Positions 37,900 through 51,200 of a stretch of DNA of 64,000 nt are shown piece by piece. The DNA is from the human T2T-CHM13v2.0 reference genome, Homo sapiens. Position numbers and translations under genes: made by a program. Under the pieces are notes generated by a model, which was not told where the DNA came from, searched no databases, and saw only the letters and a program-made list of their open reading frames with translations. Position 1 is the first letter of the stretch; each line of letters opens with the position of its first letter. Location: NCBI RefSeq assembly GCF_009914755.1, contig NC_060931.1; one strand, given 5' to 3'.

Positions 37900-40800
37900 A
37901 TATCTTCATATACAAAGTAGAAACTTTCTGAGAAGCTGTTTGATGACGTGTGCATTCATCTCAAAGAGTTAAAACTTTCTTTTGATTGAGCAGTTTGGAA
38001 ACATTGTTTTTATAGAATCTGCTAAGAGATATTTGGGAGCCCATTGAGTTTTATGTTGAAAAAGGGAATATCTTCACATAAAAACTAGAAAGAAGTTTTC
38101 TGAGAAACTGCTTTGTGATGAGTGCATTCATCTCACAGAGTTAAACATTCCTTTTGATTGAGCGGTTTGGAAAAACAATTTTTCTAGTATCTGCAAGGGG
38201 ATATTTGGGAGATATTGAGTCTTATGATGAAAAAGGAAATATCTCCACATAAAAAGTAGAAAGAAACATTCTGAGAAACTCCTTTGTGATGTGTGCATTC
38301 ATCTCATAGAGTTAAACCATTCTTCTGATTGAGAAGTATGGAAACACGATTTTGGTGAATCTGCCAAGGGATATTTAGGAGTGCACGGAGGCCTATGGTG
38401 AAAAAGGAAATATCTTCACATAAAAACTAGAAGAAGCTTTCTGAGAAACTGCTTTGTATTGTGTGCATTCATCTCACAGAGGTAACTTTCATTTTGATTG
38501 AGCCGTTTGGAAGCACTATTTTTGCAGGATCTGAAAAGGGAAATTCAGAGCCATTGAGTATTATGGTGAAAAAGGAAATATCTTCACATAAAAAAAATTC
38601 TGAAGAACTGCTTTAAGATGTGTGTCTTCATTAGACAGAGTTAAAACTTTCTTTTGATTGAGAAGTTTGGGAACACTGTTTGTGTAGAAACTTCAAAGGG
38701 ATATTTTGGAGTACATTGAGGCCTATGTTGAAAGAGGAAATATCTTCAAATATAAACTAAACAGAAGCTTTCTGAGAAACTGCTTTCCAGTGAGTGGATT
38801 CATCTCACAGAGTTAAACCTTTCTTTTGATTGAGGAATTTGAAATCACGGTTTTTGTAGAATCTACAAAAGGAAACTTGGAGTGCATTGGAGCCTATGGT
38901 GAAAAAGAAAATATCTTCAGATACAAACTAGAAGGAAGCTTTCTGAGAAACAGCTTTGTGATATGTGCATTCATCTCATAGAGGTAAACTTTTCTTTGCA
39001 TAGAACGGTTTGGAAACACTGTTTTTGTGGAATCTGTGAAGGGATATTTGGGATCCCATTGAGCCTTGTGGCAAAAAAGAAAGTATCTTCAGATACAAAC
39101 TAGAAAGAAGCTTTCTGAGAAACTGTTTTGTGATGAGAATATTCATCTCACAGAGTGAAACCTTCCTTTTGATTGAGCAGTTTGGGAACTCTGTTTTTGT
39201 AGAATATGCAAAAAATGATATTTCTTTTTTCATTGAGCAGTTTTGAAATACCATTTTTGTAGAATCTGTGGGATATTTGGGAGCGCATTGAGTCCAGCAT
39301 TGATAAAGGAAATATGTTCACATAAAAACTGGAAATAAGCTTTCTGACAAACTGCTTTAAGATGTGTGCATTCATCTCATAGAGTTAAACTTTTCTTTGA
39401 CAGAGAAGTTTGGAAACACTGCTTTGGTAGAAACTGTGAAGGGATATTTGTTTGCGCTTTGAGGCCTATGGTGAAAAAAAAAAATCTTCACATAAAAACT
39501 AGAAAGAAGCATTCTGAGAATCTGCTTTGTGATGTGTTCATTCACTTCACTAAGTTAAACCTTTCTTTTGATTGAGCACTTTAGAAACACTGTTTTTGTA
39601 GAAACTGTGAAGGCATATTTGGGAGCGCATTGAGTCCTGCAGTGATAAACAGAATATATTCACTTAAAAACTGGAAAGACGATTGCTTAGAAACTGCTTT
39701 TTCAAGTGTGCATTCATCTCACAGAGTTAAACCTTCCTTTTGACTGAACAGTTTGGAAACTGTTTTTATAGAATCTGTGAAGGGATATTGGGAACACATT
39801 GAGGCCAATGGTGAAAAAGGAAATAGCTTCACATAAAAACTAGAAAGAAGCTTTCTGAGAAACTTCTTTGTGATGTGTGCATTCATCTCACAGAGCTGAA
39901 TCTTACTTTTGATTAAGCAGTTTGGAAACACTGTTTTTGTAGAATCAGTGAAGGGATATTTGGGATTACATTGTTGCCTATGTTGAAAAAGTAAATAACT
40001 TCAGTTACAAACAAGAAACAAGCTTTCTCTGAGACTGCTTTTTATGTGTGTATTCATCTCTTATAGCTAAATATTTCCTTTCATTGAGCAGTTTGGCACA
40101 CTGTTTTTGTAGAATCTGTGAAGGTATATTTCTTTGCACTTTGAGCACTATGATGAAAAAGTGAATATCTTCAGTTATAAACTAAAAATAAGCATTCTGA
40201 GAAACTGCTTTGTGATCAGTGCATTCATCTCACAGAGTTAAACCTTGCTTTTGATTGAGAAGTTTGGAAACACTGTTTTTGTCAAATCTGCAAAAGGATA
40301 TTTGGAGCACATTGAGTCCTATGGTGAAAAAGGAAATATCTTGTCATAAAAATTAGAAAGAAGCTTTCTGAGAAACTGCGTTGTGATGTGTGCATTCATC
40401 TCACAGAGTTAAACCTTTCTTCTTTTTGAGCAACTTGGAAAGACTGTTTTCATAGAATCTGCAAAGGGATAATTTGGAGCCCATTATGTCTTATGTTGAA
40501 AAAGGAAATATCTTCACCTAAAAACTAGAAACTTTCTGACAGCCTGCTTTGTGATGTATGCATTCATCAGATGGAGTTCAACCTTTACTTCGATTGAGCA
40601 GTTTGGAAAAACTATTTTGTAGAATCTGCAAGGGAATATTTGGGAGCCATTGAGTCTTATGGTGAAAAAGGAAATATCTCCACATCCAATCAAAAAGAAG
40701 CTTTCTGAGAAACTGCTTCGTGATGTATGCATTCATCTTATAGAGTTAAAGCTTTATTTTGATTGAGCAATTTGGAAACAGTGTTTTTGCAGATTCCACA

Positions 40801-43800
40801 AAAGGATATTTGTGAGTGCCTGGAGGCATATGGTGAAAAAGGAAATATTTTCAGATACAAACTAGAAAGAAGCTTTCTCTGAAACTGCTGTGTGAGGTAT
40901 GCATTCATGTCACAGAGTTATAACTTTCTTTTGATTGAGCAGTTTGGAAACACCATTTCTGTAGAATCTGTGAAGGGGTATTGTGTTGAGCTTTGAGGCC
41001 TATGGTGAAATAGAAAATATATTCATATATAAACAAAAAAGAAACTTTCCTAGAAACTGCTTTGTGATGTCTGCATTCATCTCTTAGAGTTAAAGCTTTA
41101 TTTTGATTGAGCAGTATGGAAACACTGTTTTTGTAAAATCTGGGGAGGGATATTTGGGAGTATATTGGGGCCAATGGTGAAAAAGGAAATGTCTTCAGAA
41201 AGCAACTTGAAGGAAGCTTTCATTGAAACTGCTTTGTGATGTGTGCATTCATCTCACAGAGGTAAACCTTTATTTAGATTCAGCAGTTTGGAAACAGTGT
41301 TATGGTAAAATCTGTGTGGGTTTATTTGGTTTTGCTTTGAGGCCTACTGTGAAGAAGGAAATATTTTCAGGCATAAATTAGAAAGAAACTTTCTGAAAAA
41401 TTGCTTTCTGATTTATGCATGAATCTCACAGAGTTAAACCTTCCTTTTGATTGAACAATTTGGAAACAAATTATTTTTAGAATATGCAAAAGTATACTTG
41501 GGAGTGCGTTGGGACCTATGGTGAAAAAGGAATTATCTTCTCATAAAAACTCGAAAGAAGCTTTGTGACAAACTGCTTTGTGATGAGTTCATTCATCTCC
41601 CAGAGTTAAACCTTCATTTTGATTGTGCAATTAGGAAACGTGTTTTTGTAGGATCTGCAAAAGGATCTTTGGAGCACAATGAGGCCAATGGTGAAAAAGA
41701 AAATATCTTCACATAAAAACTAGAAAGCAAGTATCTGAGAAACTGCTTTGTGATGTGTAGATTCATCTCATAGAGTTAAACCTCTCTTTTGATTGAGCAG
41801 TATGGAAACACTGTTTTTGTAGAATCTGCAAAGAGATACTTGGGAGTGCATTGAGACCTATGGTGAAAAAGGAAATATCTTCAAACACAAATTAGAAAGA
41901 AGCTTTCTCTGAAACTGCTTTGGATGTGTGCATACATCTCTCATAGGTAAACCTACCTTTTGATAGAGCAGCTTGGAAACACTGTTTTTGTATAATCTGC
42001 AGAGGGATATTTGGGAGCACATTAAGGCTTACTGTGAAAAAGGAAATATCTTCAGATACAAACTAGAAAGAAACTTTCTGAGAAACTTCTTTGTGAGGTA
42101 TGCATTCATATCACAGAGTTAAACCTTCCTTTTGATTGAGCAATTTGGAAACTTTTTTTTTTTAGAATCTGCAAAAGGATATTTGGGAGCGCTTTGAGGC
42201 CAATGGTGAAAAATGAAATATCTTCACATACAAACTAGAAAGAAGCATTCTGAGAAACTGCTTTGTGATGTGTGCATTCTTCTCACAATGATAAACCATT
42301 CTTTTGATTGAGCAGATTGGACACACCGTTTTTGTACAAACTGCGAAGGCATATTTGGGAGCACATTGAGTCCCATGTTAATAATGAAAATATATTCACA
42401 AAGAAAATGGAAAGAAGTTTTCTGAGAAACTATTTGTGATGTGTGCATTCATCTCACAGATTTAAAACTTTCTTTTGATTGAACCATTTGGAAACACTGT
42501 TTTTTCAGAATCTGCAAAAGGACATTTGGGAGCACCTTGAGGCCAATGGAGAAAAAGGAAATATCTTCACATAAACAACTAGAAAGAAGCATTCTGACAA
42601 ACTGCATAGTGATGTGTGCATTCATCTCATAGAGTTAAACCTTTCTTTACACTGAGCAGCTTTGGAAAACTGTTTATGTAGAATCTGTGAGGAGATATTT
42701 TGGAACGTTTTGAGGCCCATGGTGAAAAAGGAAATATCTTCAGATACGAATTAGAAAGAAGCTTTCTCTGAAACTGCTCTGTGATGTGCAGTTCATCTCA
42801 CAGAGTTAAACCTTTCTCTTGATTGAGCAGTTTGGAAACACTGTTTTTGTGGAATCTGCAAAGGGATATTTGGGAGTGCATTGAGCCCTATGGTGAGAAA
42901 GGAAATACCTTAGGATACAAACTAGAAAGAAACTCACTGAGGAACTGCTTTGTGATGTGTGCTTTCATCTCACAGAATTAAACCTTCCTTTTGATTGAGC
43001 AATTTGGAAACACTTATTTTTTCGAATCTGCAAAACCATATTTGGGAGCTCATTGAGGCTAATTGTGAAGAAGGAAATACCTTCACATAAAAACTAGAAA
43101 GATGTTTTCTGAGAAACTGTATTGTGATGTGTGAATATCTCCAGATACAAACTAGAAAGAAGCTTTCTCTGAAACTACTATGTGATGTGTGCATTCATCT
43201 CACAGAGTTAAACCTTTCTTTTGATTGATCCTTTTGGTAACACTGCTTTTGTAGTATCTGCGAAGGAATATTTGTTTGTGCTTTGAAGTCTATGGTGAAA
43301 AAGGAAATATCTTCAGATATAAACAAAAAAGAAGCTTTCTGAGAAACTGCTTTGTGATGTTTTCTTTTATCTCATAAAGTTTAACCTTTCTTTTGATTGA
43401 GTAGTAAGGATACACTGTTTTTGTAGAATCTGCGAAGGGATATTTGAGAGTGCATTGAGGCCTATGGTGAATAAGGAAATATCTTCAGATACAAAATAGA
43501 AAGAAGCTTTCACCGAAACTGCTTTGTGATGTCTGCATTCATCTCACAGAGTTAAACCTTTTTTTTTAAATGAGCAGTTCAGAAACACCGTTTTGGTAGA
43601 ATCTGCGAGGGTTTTTTTTTTCCGCTTTGAGGCCTATTTTGCAAAAGGAAATATCTTCACATAAAAACTGGAAAGAAGCTTTCTGAGAAACTGGTTTATG
43701 ATTAGTGCATTCATCTCAAAGAGTTAAAGCTTCCTGTTGATTAAGCAGTTAGGAAACATTGTTTTTGTAGAATGTGCAAAAGGATATTTGGAGCCCATTG

Positions 43801-43997
43801 AGGTCAGTGGTGAAAAAGCAAATATCTTCACAGAAAACTAGAAATAAGCTTTCTGAGAAACTGCTTTGTGATGTGTGCATTTATCTCATGCATTTAAAGC
43901 TTTCTTTTGATTGAGCATATTGGAAACACTGTTTTTGTAGACTCTGTGAAGGCATATTTGAGAGCGCATTGAGTTCTACGGTGATAAAGAAATTATG

Positions 43998-44155
43998 GGG
44001 GAGGGATAACATTAGGAGATATACCTAATGCTAAATGATGAGTTAATGGGTGCAGCACACCAACATGGTACATGTATACATATGTAACAAACCTGCACAT
44101 CATGCACATGTACCCTAAATCTTAAAGTATAATAATAATAAAATAAAAATTAAAA
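43998..44155 (+). mobile_element. Severely 5'-truncated LINE-1 (3'UTR end plus A-rich tail), L1PA3-like, with 12 bp TSD
   Basis: GGAGGGATAACATTAGGAGATATACCTAATGCTAAATG...CACACCAACATGG...CCCTAAATCTTAAAGTATAATAATAATAAAA. TSD AAAGAAATTATG at 43986-43997 and 44156-44167. Confidence 0.97.
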
Positions 44156-47100
44156 AAAGAAATTATGTTCGTATAAAAAAGAGAAAGAAGCCTTCTGAGT
44201 AACTGCCTTGTGATGTGTGCATTCATCTCACAGAGTTAAACCTTTCTTTTGATTGAGCAGTTTGGAAACTCTGTTTTTGTAGAATCTGCAAAGGGATATT
44301 TTGTTTCGCTTTGAGGCCTGTTGTGAAAAAGGAAATATCTTCAGATATAAATTACAAGAATTTTTCTGAGAATGTGCTTGTGATGAGTGCATTCATTCCA
44401 CAGAGTTAAACCTTCCTTTTGATTGAGCAGTTTGGAAACACTGTTTTTGTAGAATCTGCAGAAAGATATTTGGAGTACTTTGAGGCCTATTGTGAAAAAT
44501 AAAATAACTTCACATAAAAATAAGAAATAAGCTTTCTGAAAAACTGCTTTGTGGTGTGTGAATTCATCTCACAGAGTTAAATTTCTCTTTTGATTGAGAG
44601 TTTTGGGATCACTGTTTTTACAGAATCTGAGAAGCGATATTTAGGAGCACATTGAGGCCCATGGTGATAAAGGAAATATCTTCATATACAAACTAGAAAT
44701 GAGCTTTCTCTGAAACTGCTTTATGAGGGGTGCATTCATCTCAAAGAGTTAAAACTTTCTTTTGATTGAGCAGTTTGGAAACATTGTTTTTGAAGAAACT
44801 GTAAAGGGATATTTGGGAGCAGATTTAGGTCTATGGTGAAAAATGATATATCTTCAGATATAAACTAAAAACAGGCTTTATGAGATGCTGCTTTATGATG
44901 AGTGCATTCATCTCACAGAGTTAAAACTTCTTTTTGATTGAGCAATTTGTAAACACTGGTTTTGTAGCATCTGCAAAAGGATCTTTGGAGCCCATTGAGG
45001 CCAATGGTGAAAAAGAATATATCTTCATATAAAAACTAGAAAGCAGCTTTCTTAGAAACTGCTTTGTGTTGCGTGCATTCATCTCATAGAATTAAACCTT
45101 TATTTTGATTGAGCAGTATGGAAACACTTTTTTTTTTTACAAACTGTGAAGGGATATTTGGGAGCACAATGAGGCATGTGGTGAAAAGGAAATAATTCCA
45201 CATAAAAACTAATAAAGAAGCTTTCTGAGAAACTGCTTTGAGATGTGTGCATTCATCTCACAGAGATAAAACTTTCTTTTGATGTAGCACCTTGGAAACA
45301 CTGTTTTTGTAGAAACTGTGAAGGGATATTTGGGAATGCATAGAGTCCCATGGTGATAAAGGAAATATGTTCAAATAAGAACTTGAAAGATATTTTCTGA
45401 AGAAACTGTTTGTGAAGAGTGCATGCATCTCACAGAGTTAAACGTTTCTTTTGCTTGAGCAATTTGGAAACACCTGTTTTGTAGAATCTGCAAAATATAT
45501 TTGTAGTGCATTGAGACCTATGGTGGAAAAGGAAATATCTTCACATAAAATCTAGAAAGAAGCTTTCTGACAGACTGCTTTGTGATGTGTGCATTCGTCT
45601 TATAGAATTAAACCTTTCTTTTCATTGAGGCATTCACAAACAGTGTTTTTGTAGAATCTGAACAGGGATATTTGGGTGAGCATTGAGGCCTATGTTAAAA
45701 AGGGAAATATCTCCAGATACAAACTAGAAAGAAACTTTCTGTGAAACTGCTTTATGATATGTGCATTCATCTCACAGAGATAAACTTTGAGCAGTTTGGA
45801 AAGACTTTGTAGAACCTGCAAAGGAATAGTTGGGAACACATTGAGTCTTATGGTGAAAAAGGAAACATCTTCACATAAAAACTAGAAAGAAGCTTTCTGA
45901 GAAACAGCTTTGTGATGCATGCATTCATCTCACAGAGTTAAAACTTCCTTTTGATTGAGCCATTTGGAAACACTGTTTTTGTAGAATCTGCAAAGGGATA
46001 TTTGGGAGCCCATTGAGTCTTACGGGGAAAAGGCAATATCTTCACATAAAGACTTGAAAGAAACATTCTGAGAAACTGTTTTGAGAAGTGTGTGTTCACC
46101 TCACAGAGTTAAAGCAGTCTTTTGATTGAGCAGTTTGGAAACACTGTTTTTGTAAGGACTGCTAAAAGATATTTGGGAGCACAATGAGTCCTGTGGTGAT
46201 AAATATGTTCACATAAAAACTATAAAGATAATTTCTGAGAAATTGCTTTGGAAATGTGCATTCCTCTCACAGAGTTAATGCTTTCTTTTGATTGAGCAGT
46301 TTGGAATCTCTGTTTTTGTACAATCTGCAAAGGGATATTTGGGAAGGGATTGAGGCCTGTGGTGAAAAAATACCTTCAGATAAAACTAGAAAGAAGTTTC
46401 TGTGAAACTGCTTTGTGACGTGTGCATTCATTTCAAAGAGATAAAACTTTCTTTTGACGGGGCAGTTTGGAAACACTGTTTTTGTAGAATCTGCAAAGGG
46501 ATATTTGGGTGCCCCTTGAGTCTTATGGTGAAAAAGTAAACATCTTTAGTTAAAAACTACAAAGAAGCTTTTTGAGAAACTGCTTTAAGTTGTGTGTGTT
46601 CATCTGCATCAAGGCTGATGGTGGAAAAATTATCTTAAGATATGAAAGAAAAAGAAGCTTTCTGAGAAACTGGTTTTGTGATGTAAGCATTCATCTCAGA
46701 GAGTTAAAACTTCCTTTTGATTTAGCAGTTTGGAAACACAGTTTTTTAAAAAACTGCAAAAGGATATTTGGAACACCTTGAGGCATATGGTGAAAAAGGA
46801 AATATCTTCATATAAAAACTAGAAAGAAGCTTTCTCTGAAACTGCCTTGCAATGTGGGCATTTATCTCATAGAGTTAAACCTTTCTTTTGATTGAGCAGT
46901 TTAGAAACACTTTTTTTTGTAGAATATGTGAAGGGATATTTGGGAGCTCATTGAGGCCCATGGGTAGAAAGGCAGTATATTCAGATACAAACTAAAGAAG
47001 CTTTCTGAAAAACTGCTTTGTAAGGTGTGAATTCATGTCATAGAGTTAAACTTTTCTTTTGATTGAGCAGTTTGGAAAGATGGTTTTTGTAGAATCTGCA

Positions 47101-48240
47101 AAGGGAAATTTGGGAGTGCATTGAGGTCTATGGTGTAAAACCTACTATCTTCAGATACTAACTAGAAAGAAGCTTTCTGAGAAAATGCTTTGTGATGTGT
47201 TCATTCATCTCACAGAGTAAAACCTTTCTTTGATTGAGCAGTTTGTAAGCACTATTTTTGTAGAAACTGCAAAGGGATATTTTGGAGCACATTGAGTTTT
47301 ATGGTGATAAAGGAAATATCTTCACATAAAAACTACATAAAAGCTTTCTGAGTAACTGCTTTGTGATGTGTGCATTCATTTGACACAGTTAAACCTTTCT
47401 TTTGCTTGAGCAGTCTGAAAATACTGTTTTTATAGGAACTGTGAAGGAATATTTGGGAGTGCTTTGAGTCCTATGGTGATAAAGGAAATATGTTCACAAA
47501 AAACTGGAAAGATGCTTTTTGAGAAACTGTTTTGTGAAGTGTGCATTAATCTCACAGTATTAAACCTTTCTTATAATTGAGCAGTTTGGGATCTCGTTTT
47601 TGTAAAATCTGTGAAGGTATATTTGGGAGGGCATTGAGGCCTATGTTGAAAAAAATATCTTCAGATAAAACTAGAAAGAAACTTTTCATGAAACTGCTCT
47701 GTGAAGTGTGCATTTATCTCTAAAAGATAAACCTTTCTTTTCATGGAGCAGTATGGAAACACTGTTTTTGTAGAATCTGTGAAGGGATATTTGGGAGTCC
47801 ACTGAGTCTTATGGTGAAAATGGAAATATCTTCACATAAAAACTAGAAAGAAGCTTTCTGAGAAACTGCTTTGTGATGTGTGCATTCATCTCACAGAACT
47901 GAACCTTTCTGTTCATTGAGATGTTTGGAAACACGGTTTTTGTGGAATCTTAAAAGTGAAATTTTGGAGCCCATTGAATCATGTGATGGAAAAGGAAATA
48001 TATTCACATAAAAACTAGAGAGAAGCTTTATGAGAAACTGCTTTGAGATGTGTGCGTTCATCTCACAGAGTTAAACCTTTCTTTTCATTGAGCTGTTTGA
48101 ATACACTGTTTTTGTAGAATCTGTGAAGGGATACTCGGGAGTGCATTGAGTCTTATGGTGAAAAAGGAATCATCTTCAGATACAAAGTAGAAAGAAACTT
48201 TCTCTGAAACTGCTTTGTGATGTGTGCATTCATCTCACAG

Positions 48241-51200
48241 AGTTAAAACTTTCTTTTGATTCAGCACTGTGGAAACATTGTTTCTGTCCATTCTGCAAAT
48301 GGACATTTGGGAGCTCATTGAGGTCAATGGTGAAAAAGCAAATATTCCAGGAAAAAGTCTAGAAGAAATCTACGTGAGAAACTGGTTTGTAATGTGTGCA
48401 TTCATCTCACAGAGCTAAACCTTTCTTTTGATACAGCAGTTTGGAAAAACTGTTCTTCTCCTTTGTGTGATTGGAAAATTGGGAGCTCATTGATGCCAAT
48501 GACAAAAAAGTGAATATCCCAGGAAAAATACTAGAATGAAGCTATCTAAGAAACCACGTTTGGGATGTGTGCATTCATCTCTCAGTATTAAGCCTTTCTT
48601 TTCATTAAGCAGCTTGGAAACACTATTTTTGTTCATTCTGTGAATGGACATTTGGGAGGTCATTGATGCCAATGGCAAAAAAGTGAATATCCCAGGATAA
48701 AAAAAAGAATGACGCTATATGGGAAACCACTTTGTGTTTTGTGCTTTCTTCTCACAGAGGTAAACCTTTCTTTCCATTCAGCAGTTTGGAAACACTGTTT
48801 TTGTAGAATCTGCGAAGAGATATTTTGAAGCTCATTGAGGCCTATGGTGAAAAGGAAAATGTTTTCAGAAAGAAATCAGAAAGAAGCTTTCTGAGAAACT
48901 GCTTTGTGATGTGTGCACCCATCCCACAGAGTTACACCTTTCTTTTCATTCATCAGTTTGTAAGCACTGTTTTTGACCACTCTGCCACTAGACATTTCGG
49001 AGCTCATTGTGGCCAAAGGCAAAATATCCATTATCCCAGGATAAAAACTCAAGGAAGCTATCTGAGAATCCACTTTGTGATTTGTGCACCCATCTCACAG
49101 AGTTAAAAATTTCTTTTCATTCACCAGTTTGGAAACACTGTTTTTGTAAAATCTGTGAGTGGGTATTTGGCAGTGGATTGAGGCCTATGGAGAAAAAGAA
49201 AATAACTTCAGATAAAAACTAGAAAGAAGTTTTCTGGGAAATTCCCTTGTGATGTGTGCATTCATCTCACAGAAGTAAAACTTTCTTTTGATTCAGCACT
49301 TTGCAAACACTGTTTTTGTCCATTCAGAGAATGGACATTTGAGAGATCATTGAGGCCAGTGGTGAAAATCAAGTATCCCAGGATAACAACTAAAAGGAAG
49401 CTAACTGTGGAATCACTTTGTGATATGTGCATTCATCTTGCAGTTAAACCTCACTTTTCATTCAGTTCTTTGGAAACTCTGTGTTTGTCCATTCTGCAAA
49501 TAGACATTTGAGAGCTCATTGAGACTGAAGGTGAAAATGTGAATTTCCCAGGATAAAAACTAGAAGGATGCTATCTCAGAAATGTCTTTGTGATGTGTCC
49601 ATTCACTCATACATTTAAATCTTCCTTTTGATTCCACAGTTTGGAAGCACTGGTTTTATCCTTTCAGTGAAAGGACATATCAGAGGGCATTGAGGACTAG
49701 GGTGCAAAAGAAAATATCTTCTGAAAAAAATGGAAAAGAGGCTTTCTGAGAAACTGCTTTGCAATGTATGCATCCATTTCACAGAGTCAACACTTTCTTT
49801 TGATTCAGCACTTTGGAAACACTGTTTTTATCCATTCTAGGAAAGGGCATTTGTGAGCTCATTGAGGCCAATGGTGAAACAGTGAAAATTCCAGGATAAA
49901 AACTACAAGGAAACTATCTGAGAAACTGTTTTGAGATGTGTGCATTCATCTCACGGAGTTACACCTTTCTTTTCATTCATCAGTTAAGTTTTAACAGATT
50001 TAAAATTTTAACAGAGTTAAAACTTTCTTTTGATTGAGCAGTATGGAAGCACTGTTTTTTTCAGTCTGTGAATGGACATTAGGGACAGCGAGTTTAACCT
50101 TCTTTTCATTCAGCAGTTTGGAAACACTGTTTTTGTAGAATCTGTGAAGCTATATTTGGGATTGCATTGAGGCCAATGAAGTAAATGAAAGTATCTTCAA
50201 ATAAAAACTAGAAAGAACCTTTCTGAGAAATTGCTTTGTGATGTGTGCCTTCATCTCACAGAGATAAAACTTTCTTTTGATTCAGCAATATGGAAACAAC
50301 TGTTTTTGTCCATTCTGCAAATGGACATTTGGGAGCTCATTGAGGTCAATGGTGAAAAAGCAAATATTCCAGGAAAAAGTCTAGAAGAAATCTACGTGAG
50401 AAACTGGTTTGTGATGTGTGCATTCATCTCACAGAGCTAAACCTTTCTTTTGATACAGCAGTTTGGAAACACCGTTTTTAGCCTTTGTGTGAATGGACAT
50501 TTGGGAGCTCATTTGAGGCCAATGACAAAAAAGTGAATATCCCAGGAAAAAAACTAGAGTGAGGCTCTCTGAGAAACTGCTTTATGTTGTGTGCATTCAT
50601 CTCTTAGCATTTGGAAACAATGTTTTTGTAGAATCTGTGAAGGGATTTTTGAGAGTGCATTGAGGACTATGGTGAAAAAGAAAATATCTTCAGGTAAAAA
50701 CTAGAAAGAAGGTTTCTGAGAAAGTGCTTTGTGATGCCGACTTTTGCCTCATGGAGTTAAACCTTACTTTTAATCCAGCAGTTTGGAAACACTTTTTTTG
50801 ACCACTATGTGACTGCATAATTGGGAGCTCATTGGGGCCAATGGCAAAAAACTGAATATCCCAAGATAAAAAATAGAAGGAAGCAATCTAAGAATCCACT
50901 TTGTGTTTTTTGTATTCATCTCACAGAGTAAAACCTTTCTTTTCATTCAGCAGTTTGGAAACACTGTTTTTGCAGAATCTTTGAATGGATATTTGGATCA
51001 CATTGGGGCCTATGGTGACAAAAAAAATTCAGATTAGAAATAGAAAGAATCTTTCTAAGAAACTGCTTTGTGATGTGTGCATTCATAGCACAGAGCTAAA
51101 TCTTTCTTTTGATTCAGCAGTTTGGAAACACTGTTATTGTTCATTCTGCAAATGGACATTTGGGAGATCATTGAGACCAACTGCAAAAAAGTGAATATCC

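Larger units (their letters stand above)
37401..48240 (+). repeat. Alpha satellite block 5b (single-type monomeric layer with pJalpha-type box)
   Basis: Monomers carry GATTGAGCAG, GTAGAATCTG and CTATGGTGAAAAAGGAAATATCTTCAC/G. No GTCCATTC-type monomers seen. Confidence 0.92.
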
